From an uncultured cyanobacterium (GTDB lineage Bacteria; Cyanobacteriota; Cyanobacteriia; PCC-9006; JAAUQQ01): a stretch of 64,000 nt of DNA. The stretch is taken from the NCBI GenBank assembly GCA_963718615.1, contig OY970368.1, forward strand, positions 4,896,001 to 4,960,000, given 5' to 3'. Below, piece after piece: positions 1 to 8,962 of the stretch (positions are counted from its first letter, which is position 1; every line of letters begins with the position of its first letter). The notes beneath the pieces were generated by a model. It made no database searches and was not told the origin of the DNA. It saw only the letters and a list, made by a program, of their open reading frames with translations. Made by a program: the position numbers and the translations under genes.

Positions 1-92
1 ATGCCTCGGGCTCAAGCGGTTAAGGTCCTTCGTCGTCCACAATAGAACTTTAAATAGAACTGTTCTGTTGGCAACGATGAGCCGGTACGTCC

Positions 93-683
93 ATGGATTT
101 GCGATTTTCCCAGGAGCTAAAGGCATTACTGTTACAACTTGAAGCGGAACCTTTGTCGTTGGAAGATTTGCTACAACGGGGTTCCGAGCAGGCCACAAGC
201 GTGATGATTGTGCTGCTGACGTTGCCCTTTCTGCTGCCCATGCCGCCGGGGGCGGCAGGACCGTTTGGGGCGGTGGCGGCTTTACTGGGATTGCAAATGG
301 CCCTGGGGCGATCGCCTCGGCTCCCTCGCCGTCTGGCCCAGTATCGCTTTCCCAATATCCTTATCCGTCCCCTCTTGCTGCTGCTGCATCGGTTGAGTCA
401 TTGGGTTGAGGGCATCAGTCGGCCCCGCATGCTAAACATTGCTCACCATCCTTGGTGTGAGCGCTTAACAGGCCTTTGCATTGCCTGGTTGGCATTGCTG
501 CTGATGTTGCCGATTCCGTTTACCAATCCGATTCCGGCGATTGGGATTTTGCTGATGGCGATCGCCACCATTGAATCCGATGGACTGCTGCTCTGTTTCA
601 GCTATGGCCTGACCTTAGCCATTAGCATCTTCTTCCTTGGGCTGTTTTATGGCCTATCTAATCTTCCAATTAGTTTTGGTTAA
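93..683 (+). CDS. exoD: Exopolysaccharide synthesis protein, ExoD family
   Basis: 196-aa hydrophobic ORF with LPFLLPMPPG and LPIPFTNPIPA motifs and terminal ESDG, as in ExoD proteins. Confidence 0.85.
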   Translation: MDLRFSQELKALLLQLEAEPLSLEDLLQRGSEQATSVMIVLLTLPFLLPMPPGAAGPFGAVAALLGLQMALGRSPRLPRRLAQYRFPNILIRPLLLLLHRLSHWVEGISRPRMLNIAHHPWCERLTGLCIAWLALLLMLPIPFTNPIPAIGILLMAIATIESDGLLLCFSYGLTLAISIFFLGLFYGLSNLPISFG

Positions 684-1388
684 AACAGCGCAGATTTCAC
701 CACGTTCTGAATTTCTTGACGGATCAGCCGCATCTCAGATCGTGACCATACTCAACCAAAACTGAATCAGTTAAGAGTTTACATTTTGAGTGATATTGCT
801 GATTTGAGCGACCGTTCGTGGACAAATCACAAAGAAACAGCAAGGGCATCCTAGCTGCTGCGCATCGTTCAGCGCAGGTACTCTTAGCAGGCAATCCTTA
901 AATACAGCATTTCGTCAACAACCATCAGATGGTGTAGTATACAAGAACTAGAAAAAGGGAAAGAGAAGTCGTGTAAATGAACCTGCCCATAAGTTGCCAA
1001 AAATCTTATGTCTAGACGCACTACTCGTACAGGTCAACAGTATTCTGGATCTACCCCATACAAGCTTAAGGGATTTCGTTACCTTATGGCTTATCACGCT
1101 GCTGTATGCAGACTAATTCAGGATAAACATCAACAGCCATACATATATGTAGATTTAAATTGTGGAGCCGGGTATCAACCTGAGTACGAAGAGGTAGGTG
1201 ATGAGTTACTTGGTTCTCCAATCATTGCACTGCAAGAGTTGAACAAGCAGAAAATTAAACCAATATGTCACTTTTGCGACACTAGTGAAGAATCATTAAA
1301 GGTAGTGCCTTTAGCTGGGGGATGAGTATGTTGTGGCCATTAGAGAAAGAAAAAGCAAACTGGGTAAGACCCTTCTGTGCCAATTGCG

Positions 1389-1700
1389 ATGACTCAAGAG
1401 CTGATTCATTGTCCTAACTGTCTATCTGAAGATATCAGCCGTAACGGCTTCAACGATCGCGGTACTCAAAGCTATAAATGTCGAGATTGCCGTCGCCGGT
1501 TTGTCCTGACTCCGAAATCCCTTCCCTTGAGCGATGAAGAGATAGCCTTGCTCGAACGTTTATTGCTTGAAAGGCTGGCCATCGCTGGAATTGCTCGGGT
1601 GATGCAGCGCTCCGAGAGCTGCATTCAGACCTACGTCAACGCCAAAGCTAAAACCGTTGCTCGGGAGGTGGAAGTGACGAAGAAAGTAAAAAAGCTCTGA
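1389..1700 (+). CDS. insA: IS1 InsA-like protein (zinc ribbon + HTH), N-terminal part of the transposase
   Basis: CPNC..CRDC zinc ribbon followed by HTH-like IAGIARVMQRS; ends just after slippery site A AAA AAG (1688-1694). Confidence 0.85.
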   Translation: MTQELIHCPNCLSEDISRNGFNDRGTQSYKCRDCRRRFVLTPKSLPLSDEEIALLERLLLERLAIAGIARVMQRSESCIQTYVNAKAKTVAREVEVTKKVKKL

Positions 1701-1708
1701 CGGTCCAG

Positions 1709-2149
1709 ATGGACGAACTCTGGTCGTTCGTGGACCATAAAGGAAATAAACAGTGGGTTTGGATTGCTCTAGATGCGGACACTCGCGAAATCATTGGCCT
1801 TTATATCGGGGACCGAAGTGCTAAATCTGCCGAAGCTTTATGGCGGTCTCTACCGGGAGTGTACCGCCAATGTGCAGTCATCTACACCGATTATTGGGAG
1901 AGCTATGCCTGTGTGCTTCCTAGCCAACGCCACCGAGCGGTTGGGAAAGAAAGCGGGCTGACGAGCTACATCGAGAGGTTCAACTGCACCCTGCGGCAAA
2001 GGGTGTCGCGCTTGGTCCGAAAGGCTCTCTCGTTTTCAAAGAAACAAGAGAACCACGAGGCTGCGATCTGGAATTTCGTTCACCATTACAACCAGCAATT
2101 GCGCCTTAAGCAGGCTCATGCCGCTTCATTCTCTCCAGCACCCACATAA
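1709..2149 (+). CDS. insB: IS1 InsB-like DDE catalytic domain, reached by -1 frameshift
   Basis: MDELWSFV, YTDYWESY and IERFNCTLRQRVSRLVRKALSFSK motifs; -1 frame relative to insA and open back to the slippery site. Confidence 0.9.
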   Translation: MDELWSFVDHKGNKQWVWIALDADTREIIGLYIGDRSAKSAEALWRSLPGVYRQCAVIYTDYWESYACVLPSQRHRAVGKESGLTSYIERFNCTLRQRVSRLVRKALSFSKKQENHEAAIWNFVHHYNQQLRLKQAHAASFSPAPT

Positions 2150-2743
2150 TTGGACTACCTCATTAAAAACATTAGAGAGGGCTATCTCAGAGTTGAAGCT
2201 GCAATGTCAAGCTCACTACTGGTCAGGCGAAAATAAGGACTCTTTGCAACAGATATCTCAGAATCTAAATCATCCTCGTTTTCAAGGACTCGTTTACTCA
2301 GACCCTAACGGGAAACAAGATTTTCCCGTTAGAGAGATTCATGCTGTATTTCAGTTACCTCAAATGCAGAAGGTGGACCTACTGATGAATGTGGCCACTA
2401 ATTATGTAAAACGCTGGGAATCAAATCCTAAAGCGACTTGGGAGGCTTACTCATTAGAGGAGATAGTCTCAGGTCACGGGAAAAAGTATGTCTTTGTCCG
2501 TGAGCCAGACAATCCATCCTTAAAGTGGACTTTTATCTACGCAACGAACTGGCCCAAACAGAAAGATTTGAACAAAATTAGACTTTATAGTATTGACAGA
2601 GATATTGGGAAAAGCATTTTAGATCATTTATTTAATCCAAAGTCAAATCCTCTCCCACATATAGGAGATGATGGCTCAATTTCGATCCAAGGCAATCTAT
2701 TCGATAACTTTAATTCAGGCTCAGATGCATTAGGGGATTAGCA

Positions 2744-3580
2744 ATGACTCAGAGCATGACGATCAAGGTAAGGAACCAAGAAACAATTCAAGAACTAACC
2801 ACTGATGATGGCCGTAAAATCTATATCGTCAACAGTGATAGAAAAGCTCAATTTAATAGTACGAACGAAATGGTTGATTGGGCATGGTGGACTTGGAATC
2901 CTGTAACAGGATGTTGGCATGGATGCCCGTACTGCTATGCAAGAGATATTGCACATAGATTTTACAATACTGAATTTGAGCCAACATTTTATCCAGGCCG
3001 ATTGGATGCACCTAAAAATATGAAACTTATGTCTGCTGAACGAGTTGCAAAAGAAGCAAAAAAAAGGAGAGTGAGCTTTGATAATGCTCTTGTCTTTTCT
3101 AGAAATGTATTTACCTGCTCCATGGCTGACTTATTTGGAAAATGGGTTCCAGAAGAGTGGATTCTTCAAGTTTTTTCGTCTGTCCAAGAATCTCCAGATT
3201 GGAATTTTCTATTTTTGACTAAATTTCCACAACGACTACAAGATATTAACGATACTCTCGGTGGGTTTCCGGATAACGTATGGGTAGGTACGACAGTGGA
3301 TACTCAAGCTAGAGTTGCACTTGCTGAAAAATCTTTTAGAAATATTCAGGCAAAGGTTAAATGGCTTTCCATTGAGCCGATGTTGGAGCCTTTGTCATTC
3401 AATAGTTTAAAAATGTTTGATTTGATTGCTGTAGGTGGGCAAAGTCGGACCACTCAAGAACCCGAGTTTCAGCCCGAATGGTCATGGGTAGAGAGCTTAT
3501 TGCAACAAGCACGAGAATCTGGTACGGCAGTGTATTTTAAAGAGAATTTGAGAGCTAGGCCAAAAGAATTACCGTGGTAG
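2744..3580 (+). CDS. DUF5131 (phage Gp37/Gp68) family protein with radical-SAM-like CxxxCxxC motif
   Basis: WNPVTGCWHGCPYCYA, FTCSMADLFG, FLFLTK, NVWVGTTV and WLSIEPML are DUF5131 hallmarks. Confidence 0.9.
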   Translation: MTQSMTIKVRNQETIQELTTDDGRKIYIVNSDRKAQFNSTNEMVDWAWWTWNPVTGCWHGCPYCYARDIAHRFYNTEFEPTFYPGRLDAPKNMKLMSAERVAKEAKKRRVSFDNALVFSRNVFTCSMADLFGKWVPEEWILQVFSSVQESPDWNFLFLTKFPQRLQDINDTLGGFPDNVWVGTTVDTQARVALAEKSFRNIQAKVKWLSIEPMLEPLSFNSLKMFDLIAVGGQSRTTQEPEFQPEWSWVESLLQQARESGTAVYFKENLRARPKELPW

Positions 3581-3853
3581 CGTGAATAGGAGTCAGGGAA
3601 TTCCAACGCCCAAAAACGCAAAGCATACAAAAGCCCATAGCATGGACGATAACATCAGATAAAGACACCTCAAAGTCGAGCACTTTCTCGACGAACGTAG
3701 CTCGACTGAAATCGGCAATAATATAATTGCTGTCCTTGTCCGCAGCTACGGCAAAGACAACATCATAATCTATGTGGATTTCTTGGACCTTTTTTACACA
3801 CTCTCCAAACAACTTTAATTACTGATGGGGCATCACGTTATATTCTGACCCGT

Positions 3854-4171
3854 CTACAAATATTTATTCAACGTTTCCTCAAAAACCGAATAGGGCTTCA
3901 CCCCCACTAGTGTCTCCGCCAGGGCTCCATCCTTAAAAAACAGCACCGCCGGAATACTGCGAATGCTGTAGGTCTTCGCCAGGGACTTATTGGCATCCAA
4001 ATCGACTTTTACGACCTTTGCTTTGCCGGTGAACGCCTCTCCTAACTGATCCATTAAAGGGGCTACCAATTTGCAAGGTCCGCACCAAGAGGCCGTAAAA
4101 TCAGCCACCACAACGGTTTCTTGGGCAACCAATGCTTCAAAATCCTCAGCTTGCACATATTCAACAGTCAT
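3854..4171 (-). CDS. Thioredoxin
   Basis: WCGPC active site and SIP cis-Pro loop; 105 aa from ATG 4171 (the longer ORF start at 4321 is unlikely). Confidence 0.95.
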   Translation of the reverse strand: MTVEYVQAEDFEALVAQETVVVADFTASWCGPCKLVAPLMDQLGEAFTGKAKVVKVDLDANKSLAKTYSIRSIPAVLFFKDGALAETLVGVKPYSVFEETLNKYL

Positions 4172-4449
4172 CGGTCGCTCTGGGGTAAAGGCTGTCAGCA
4201 GTTTAAAGCAATCGGCGACCGCCGGGACAGGGCGATCGGGTTGATCGGTCGGGTTCATCTGTAGGTCGTCAGGCCAAGGTGGCGATCGCCCTCTAGCCTC
4301 TTCTGGCATCGACCCTTGCAAATGGGAATGAATCTGTTAATGTTTAAGCGCAATCCTGCGGCAAACCCCAAAAAGCCTGCTAGGATTGGGTGCAAATTTT
4401 GGCGCAACCGCTGAAACCGTAAGCCGTTCAAGACTTTTGAAAAACCGGC

Positions 4450-5754
4450 ATGTCTCACGATATGAACCCCACCATGAAAAACATCAATGACCAGCACATG
4501 GACCGGAATATCGACCGGAGTGAGGTTCAGGCTGCGGGCAACACAGCGGTAATGGATCCAGAATTCCATCCTGAGACCTTTTCGGTCGATGGCTATGCCG
4601 ATCGCCTCATGGATGAACTGTTTGTGGGCGTCGAGTATCTCTTAGAAACCGGCACTGAACCAGAAACAGCGGCGACAGAGCCCGAGTACATTTCGATGAA
4701 AACCATCGAAATGCCCGATTTTGCCCTGCCCATCTCCCTAGAACCAGCGGGAGAATTGGTCACGGCCCCCGCCCGAACGGATGCGGCAGAAGCAGGGGAC
4801 ACGACAGCTACAACGGCAGCTACAACGGCGATCGCTCCGCCCTCCCAAGCCCGACCCGATTGGTCATTCCGGATTTTGTGGGGTTTATCGCTGATCTCCC
4901 TTGCCGGAGCCACCGCAATGGTCATGACCCAGTGGCAAAGTTATCGCAGCCTCCTGATGCAGCTCAGCGGTCAAGCCCCCGTCGCAGAAACCGTGGCGCT
5001 GGCCCCTACATCCCTGGAGTCTCCCAATCAGCAATTCGCAACCTATGTCCAGCGATCTCTCGAAGTCCTAAAGGATCAGCAAGCCATTAATCAAGCCAAT
5101 CAGGCCCTCAATCCCGGAACAGTGGCGATCGTGCCGCCGACCTCCCTACAGATTCCCAGCACCTCTGCCCTGCCCGCTGTTCCCGCCGCCCCCAGCGCTG
5201 CGACGGCGACCCCCTCTCAGCAGCAAGAAACCGGGACCGTCCTAGAGCGCATTTATATTCCGGTGTATCAAACCCCGAATGGTTTTATTCCGGTGGTTCC
5301 CGGCGTGCCGGTGCCGCCGTCCATGGCAGCTTTACCGGGGGGGGCGATCGCCACCAACCCATCCAGCCCCGCCAGCCCTTCAGCGCCCAGTACAGCCCCG
5401 GCCCCAGCGGCAGCAGCCAAACCCTCGTCCCCTGCGGCTAAATCCAGCCCAAGCCAGACGCAGTCCAGCCCAGCCAACCCGTCTAGCCAACCCGCATCAA
5501 CCAACCCAACCGTCGCCGCCGCTCCGCCCGCCGCGCCACAACCTGAGGCTGCCGCTGTGCAGACCCTCGTAGGGTTGTTAGAATTAGGCGATAGCTCGGC
5601 GGCGTTATTTGAAGTCAATGGGGTCACCCGTCGCTTTAGTTTGGGTGAAAAAATCGGCAACAGCGGCTGGAGCTTGGCAGAGATCAAAGCGGGTGAAGCA
5701 GTCATCCGTCGAAATGGGGAAGTGAAGTCGGTCTATGTCGGTCAAACTTTCTAG
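4450..5754 (+). CDS. Membrane-anchored Pro/Ala/Ser-rich protein with C-terminal GspC/PilP-like beta domain
   Basis: One TM helix (ILWGLSLISLAGATAMVM), long low-complexity linker, C-terminal LVGLLELGDSSAALFEVNG..GEKIG..GW..AVIRRNGE. Confidence 0.6.
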   Translation: MSHDMNPTMKNINDQHMDRNIDRSEVQAAGNTAVMDPEFHPETFSVDGYADRLMDELFVGVEYLLETGTEPETAATEPEYISMKTIEMPDFALPISLEPAGELVTAPARTDAAEAGDTTATTAATTAIAPPSQARPDWSFRILWGLSLISLAGATAMVMTQWQSYRSLLMQLSGQAPVAETVALAPTSLESPNQQFATYVQRSLEVLKDQQAINQANQALNPGTVAIVPPTSLQIPSTSALPAVPAAPSAATATPSQQQETGTVLERIYIPVYQTPNGFIPVVPGVPVPPSMAALPGGAIATNPSSPASPSAPSTAPAPAAAAKPSSPAAKSSPSQTQSSPANPSSQPASTNPTVAAAPPAAPQPEAAAVQTLVGLLELGDSSAALFEVNGVTRRFSLGEKIGNSGWSLAEIKAGEAVIRRNGEVKSVYVGQTF

Positions 5755-5828
5755 GGTGGTGAAACTTTCTAGAAATGCGCGCTCCCTGTTCAAGGTGACG
5801 ATTGCACGACGATACGGAGTTTGAGGCC

Positions 5829-6416
5829 ATGGGTCTGTTTGACGATCTTAGTCGTTTTTTGGAGATGCGCCTGGAGGAGTTCCTGCGCAATAATCCCCAT
5901 TTGGAATTGCAAGCGCTGGAAGAACAGCTTCAGCAGCAGGAGTCAGATGCGATCGGTCTCTTGGCAGACTTGCAACGCCAGGAACGACAACTCAAGGACA
6001 ATATTCTGGGCACCGCAAAAGAGGTCCAGCTTTGGCACGAACGCATCGAAAAAGCCAAACGGGCCAATCGTCAGGATCTACTAGAACCAGCCCAGGAGCG
6101 GGAAGCGGCGTTGCTACGCCAAGGCAATATGCTCTGGGGACAAATGCAGGGAGTCAAGGAGCGTATCGAGCGCACGAAGGATTTAGTAAAGCAGATTCAG
6201 GTGCGGCGGCAGGAGGTGCGAGCCAAGGTCATGGCAGCCCAAGCAGAACGAACTGCAGCCCAAGCTCAGCAATCGACGCAGAATACCTGGGAAACAACCG
6301 GTTGGAACCAGAGTGTGAGCCAACGGTCTTCGGCAGGGGATGATTTGGAAGAAAAATTCCGCCGATGGGAACTCGAAGAGGAAATTGAGCAACTCAAGCG
6401 AGAAATTCGGCCCTAA
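5829..6416 (+). CDS. TIGR04376-family coiled-coil protein (PspA/IM30-like)
   Basis: N-terminus MGLFDDLSRFLEMRLEEFLRNNPHLELQALEEQL and C-terminus LEEKFRRWELEEEIEQLK. Confidence 0.8.
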   Translation: MGLFDDLSRFLEMRLEEFLRNNPHLELQALEEQLQQQESDAIGLLADLQRQERQLKDNILGTAKEVQLWHERIEKAKRANRQDLLEPAQEREAALLRQGNMLWGQMQGVKERIERTKDLVKQIQVRRQEVRAKVMAAQAERTAAQAQQSTQNTWETTGWNQSVSQRSSAGDDLEEKFRRWELEEEIEQLKREIRP

Positions 6417-6440
6417 GACATGCCATTGACATAAGACCAA

Positions 6441-6478
6441 CCCTCTGAGTGATTTCATTCTACCAATCACTCAGAGGG
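6441..6478. terminator. Hairpin between convergent genes, likely bidirectional terminator
   Basis: Perfect 14-bp stem CCCTCTGAGTGATT / AATCACTCAGAGGG with 10-nt loop. Confidence 0.7.
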
Positions 6479-6506
6479 CGTCTTTGTCAAATTCGGTTGT
6501 TGGCTT

Positions 6507-7691
6507 CTAACGATCCACCGACCCCATAATCACATCCACACTCCCCAGAATCGCCATAATATCCGCAACCTTCACACCCCGCAAAAGCTGGGGAAGAATT
6601 TGCAGATTGTTGAAGTCCGGAGCCCGAATCTTCCAGCGCCAGGGATAGACATCACCATTACCCTGAATAAAGATTCCCAACTCACCTTTGCCGCTTTCCA
6701 GGCGGACATAGTGTTCCCCCTCAGGCATCTTGAAGGTTGGGGCAACCTGCTTGGCAATGTACTTGTAGTCTGGACCGTTCCACTCTGACTTTTTGCCCTC
6801 CACTAGGCGCTTGGCTTCTAGGTTCTCAAAGGGACCCCCTGGTAAACCTTTCAGCGCTTGGCGAATAATCTTCACCGACTCACGCATCTCTGCAATGCGC
6901 ACCCGATAGCGAGCAAAACAATCCCCTTCGGTGGCTGTGGGTACATCCCATTCAAAGTCGTCATAGCATTCGTAATGATCGACCTTGCGCAGGTCCCACT
7001 TGATGCCTGTGGCCCGCAGCATTGGCCCCGAAAGGCTCCAGTTAATGGCCTCTTCCTGGGTAAAACCACCAACCCCCTCAACCCGGCGGCGGAAGATAGG
7101 GTTATCGGTGATTAGCTTTTCGTACTCGTCAATTTTGGGGTCGAAGTAATCACAGAAGTCTTCGCATTTATCCACCCAACCGTAGGGCAAATCTGCCGCG
7201 ACGCCACCAACCCGAAAATAGTTGTTGTTAATCAACCGCTGCCCCGTGGCGGCTTCCCAAAGGTCATAAATCATCTCCCGTTCCCGGAAAATATAGAAGA
7301 ATGGCGTTTGGGCTCCAACGTCGGCCATGAAGGGGCCAAGCCAGAGCAAATGGTTGGCGATGCGGTTGAGCTCCAGCATAATCACACGAATATAGCTGGC
7401 CCGCTTAGGCACAGGGATATCCGCCAATTTTTCCGGTGCATTCACCGTGATGGCTTCGTTGAACATGCCGGCGGCATAGTCCCAACGGCTGACGTAGGGC
7501 ACGTACATGACCGTCGTGCGGCTTTCGGCGATTTTTTCCATGCCCCGGTGGAGGTAGCCAATCACCGGCTCGCAGTCGATGACATTTTCTCCGTCGAGGG
7601 TCACGATTAACCGCAACACCCCATGCATCGAAGGGTGGTGTGGCCCCATGTTGAGGACCATGGGTTCGGTTCTGGTTTCGAGTTGGGCCAT
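6507..7691 (-). CDS. ndhH: NAD(P)H-quinone oxidoreductase subunit H
   Basis: [31 protein letters not shown] and C-terminal DVIMGSVDR; 394 aa. Confidence 0.98.
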   Translation of the reverse strand: MAQLETRTEPMVLNMGPHHPSMHGVLRLIVTLDGENVIDCEPVIGYLHRGMEKIAESRTTVMYVPYVSRWDYAAGMFNEAITVNAPEKLADIPVPKRASYIRVIMLELNRIANHLLWLGPFMADVGAQTPFFYIFREREMIYDLWEAATGQRLINNNYFRVGGVAADLPYGWVDKCEDFCDYFDPKIDEYEKLITDNPIFRRRVEGVGGFTQEEAINWSLSGPMLRATGIKWDLRKVDHYECYDDFEWDVPTATEGDCFARYRVRIAEMRESVKIIRQALKGLPGGPFENLEAKRLVEGKKSEWNGPDYKYIAKQVAPTFKMPEGEHYVRLESGKGELGIFIQGNGDVYPWRWKIRAPDFNNLQILPQLLRGVKVADIMAILGSVDVIMGSVDR

Positions 7692-7816
7692 GGATGAGGC
7701 GTCTCTTCAGTGCGGTGACTAGTGCAGTGACTGTAGCATTGTGAGTCTTTGCTCACCCTATAGCTTATCGGAATTGGACGGAGGGTGCAGCCGTTTCCTG
7801 AGGTTATTTGGGTTGT

Positions 7817-8962
7817 TTACGTCATGGCGAGGGCCTGGTGCAACACCTCAATGACATGGGTTTGCTGTGCGGGGGTGAGTCCAACCCAAAGGGGTAGGCG
7901 AATTAATCGGTTGGCAATGGACTCCGTGACCGTAAGCGGGGCTTGGAATCTACCGTAGCGCTGCCCTGCGGGTGAGTTATGGAGAGGGACGTAGTGGAAA
8001 ACAGCCCAGATTCCGTTTTGCTTAAAGGTTTCGAGGATCAGCTGACGCTCGATCTCGGGGGCTAGCAGAATATAGTACATATGAGCATTATGTTGGCAAT
8101 CTGGGGGGATGATGGGGCGGCGAATCATGCCTTCGGCTTCGAGCTGGGCCAAGTTTTTATGGTAGTACTGCCAAGTGGCTAGGCGTTTGGCCGTGATCTG
8201 GTCTGCTTCTTCCAGTTGTGCCCAGAGAAATGCGGCAATCAATTCCCCTGGCAAAAATGAGGATCCCACCTCCTGCCAGGTGTATTTATCCACTTCACCT
8301 CGGAAAAAACGGCTGCGATCGGTCCCTTTTTCCCGAATGATTTCGGCGCGTTGGCTAAATTCTGGATCATTCACCAGCAAGCAACCGCCTTCTCCTGAAA
8401 TGACGTTCTTGGTTTCGTGAAAACTATAGGCTCCCAGATGGCCGATGCTGCCCAGGGCTCTGCCTTTGTAGGTGGCCATCATGCCCTGGGCGGCGTCTTC
8501 GATGACTTTGAGTTTGTGGGTTTGGGCGATCGCCATAATCACATCCATCTCACACCCGACCCCTGCATAGTGGACAGGGGCGATCGCCTTAGTCCGAGGG
8601 GTAATCGCAGCTTCAATCAACGTTTCATCTAGGTTCAGTGTGTCTTCCCGCACATCGACAAACACGGGCACGGCCCCCCGCAGCACAAAGGCATTGGCGG
8701 TGGAGACGAAGGTATAGGAGGGCATAATCACCTCGTCCCCTGGCTCTAGATCGAGCAGCAGGGCGGAGAGTTCGAGGGCGGCGGTGCAGGAGTGGGTGAG
8801 GAGGGCTTTGGCACAGCCGCTGCGTTGTTCTAGCCAGGTGTGGCAGCGTTGGGTGAAGGGTCCGTCTCCGGCGAGGCGACCTTGGAAGTGAGCTTCGGCA
8901 ATGTAGTAAAGCTCTTTTCCCGTCATATGGGGCCAATTGAATGGAATAGAATTTTTGTTCAT
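7817..8962 (-). CDS. rffA: dTDP-4-amino-4,6-dideoxyhexose transaminase (RffA/WecE, DegT/DnrJ family)
   Basis: LLTHSCTAALE, PLP lysine in SFHETKNVISGEGG, REKGTDRSRFFRGEVDKYTW; ATG 8962 overlaps the upstream stop codon (ATGA). Confidence 0.92.
   Translation of the reverse strand: MNKNSIPFNWPHMTGKELYYIAEAHFQGRLAGDGPFTQRCHTWLEQRSGCAKALLTHSCTAALELSALLLDLEPGDEVIMPSYTFVSTANAFVLRGAVPVFVDVREDTLNLDETLIEAAITPRTKAIAPVHYAGVGCEMDVIMAIAQTHKLKVIEDAAQGMMATYKGRALGSIGHLGAYSFHETKNVISGEGGCLLVNDPEFSQRAEIIREKGTDRSRFFRGEVDKYTWQEVGSSFLPGELIAAFLWAQLEEADQITAKRLATWQYYHKNLAQLEAEGMIRRPIIPPDCQHNAHMYYILLAPEIERQLILETFKQNGIWAVFHYVPLHNSPAGQRYGRFQAPLTVTESIANRLIRLPLWVGLTPAQQTHVIEVLHQALAMT

Larger units (their letters stand above)
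1301..2159 (+). mobile_element. IS1-family insertion sequence, 859 bp
   Basis: Ends GGTAGT...ACTACC with imperfect terminal inverted repeats (17/24 match); 8-bp target duplication TCATTAAA at 1293-1300 and 2160-2167; contains insA/insB-type ORFs. Confidence 0.95.
1008..2741 (+). pseudogene. Three-Cys-motif partner (TcmP-like, methyltransferase-fold) gene interrupted by IS1
   Basis: Removing 1301-2167 joins ORF 1008.. (..DTSEESLK) in frame to ORF 2118..2741 (SLKTLER..), giving 288 aa. It has YVDLNCGAG and YSDPNG motifs and lies directly upstream of a DUF5131 gene, the usual TcmP context. Confidence 0.75.

Noticed and set aside
3555-3812. 85-aa minus-strand ORF as a real gene
   Set aside because: TTG start, overlaps the DUF5131 3' end, no motif; the opposite strand looks more protein-like
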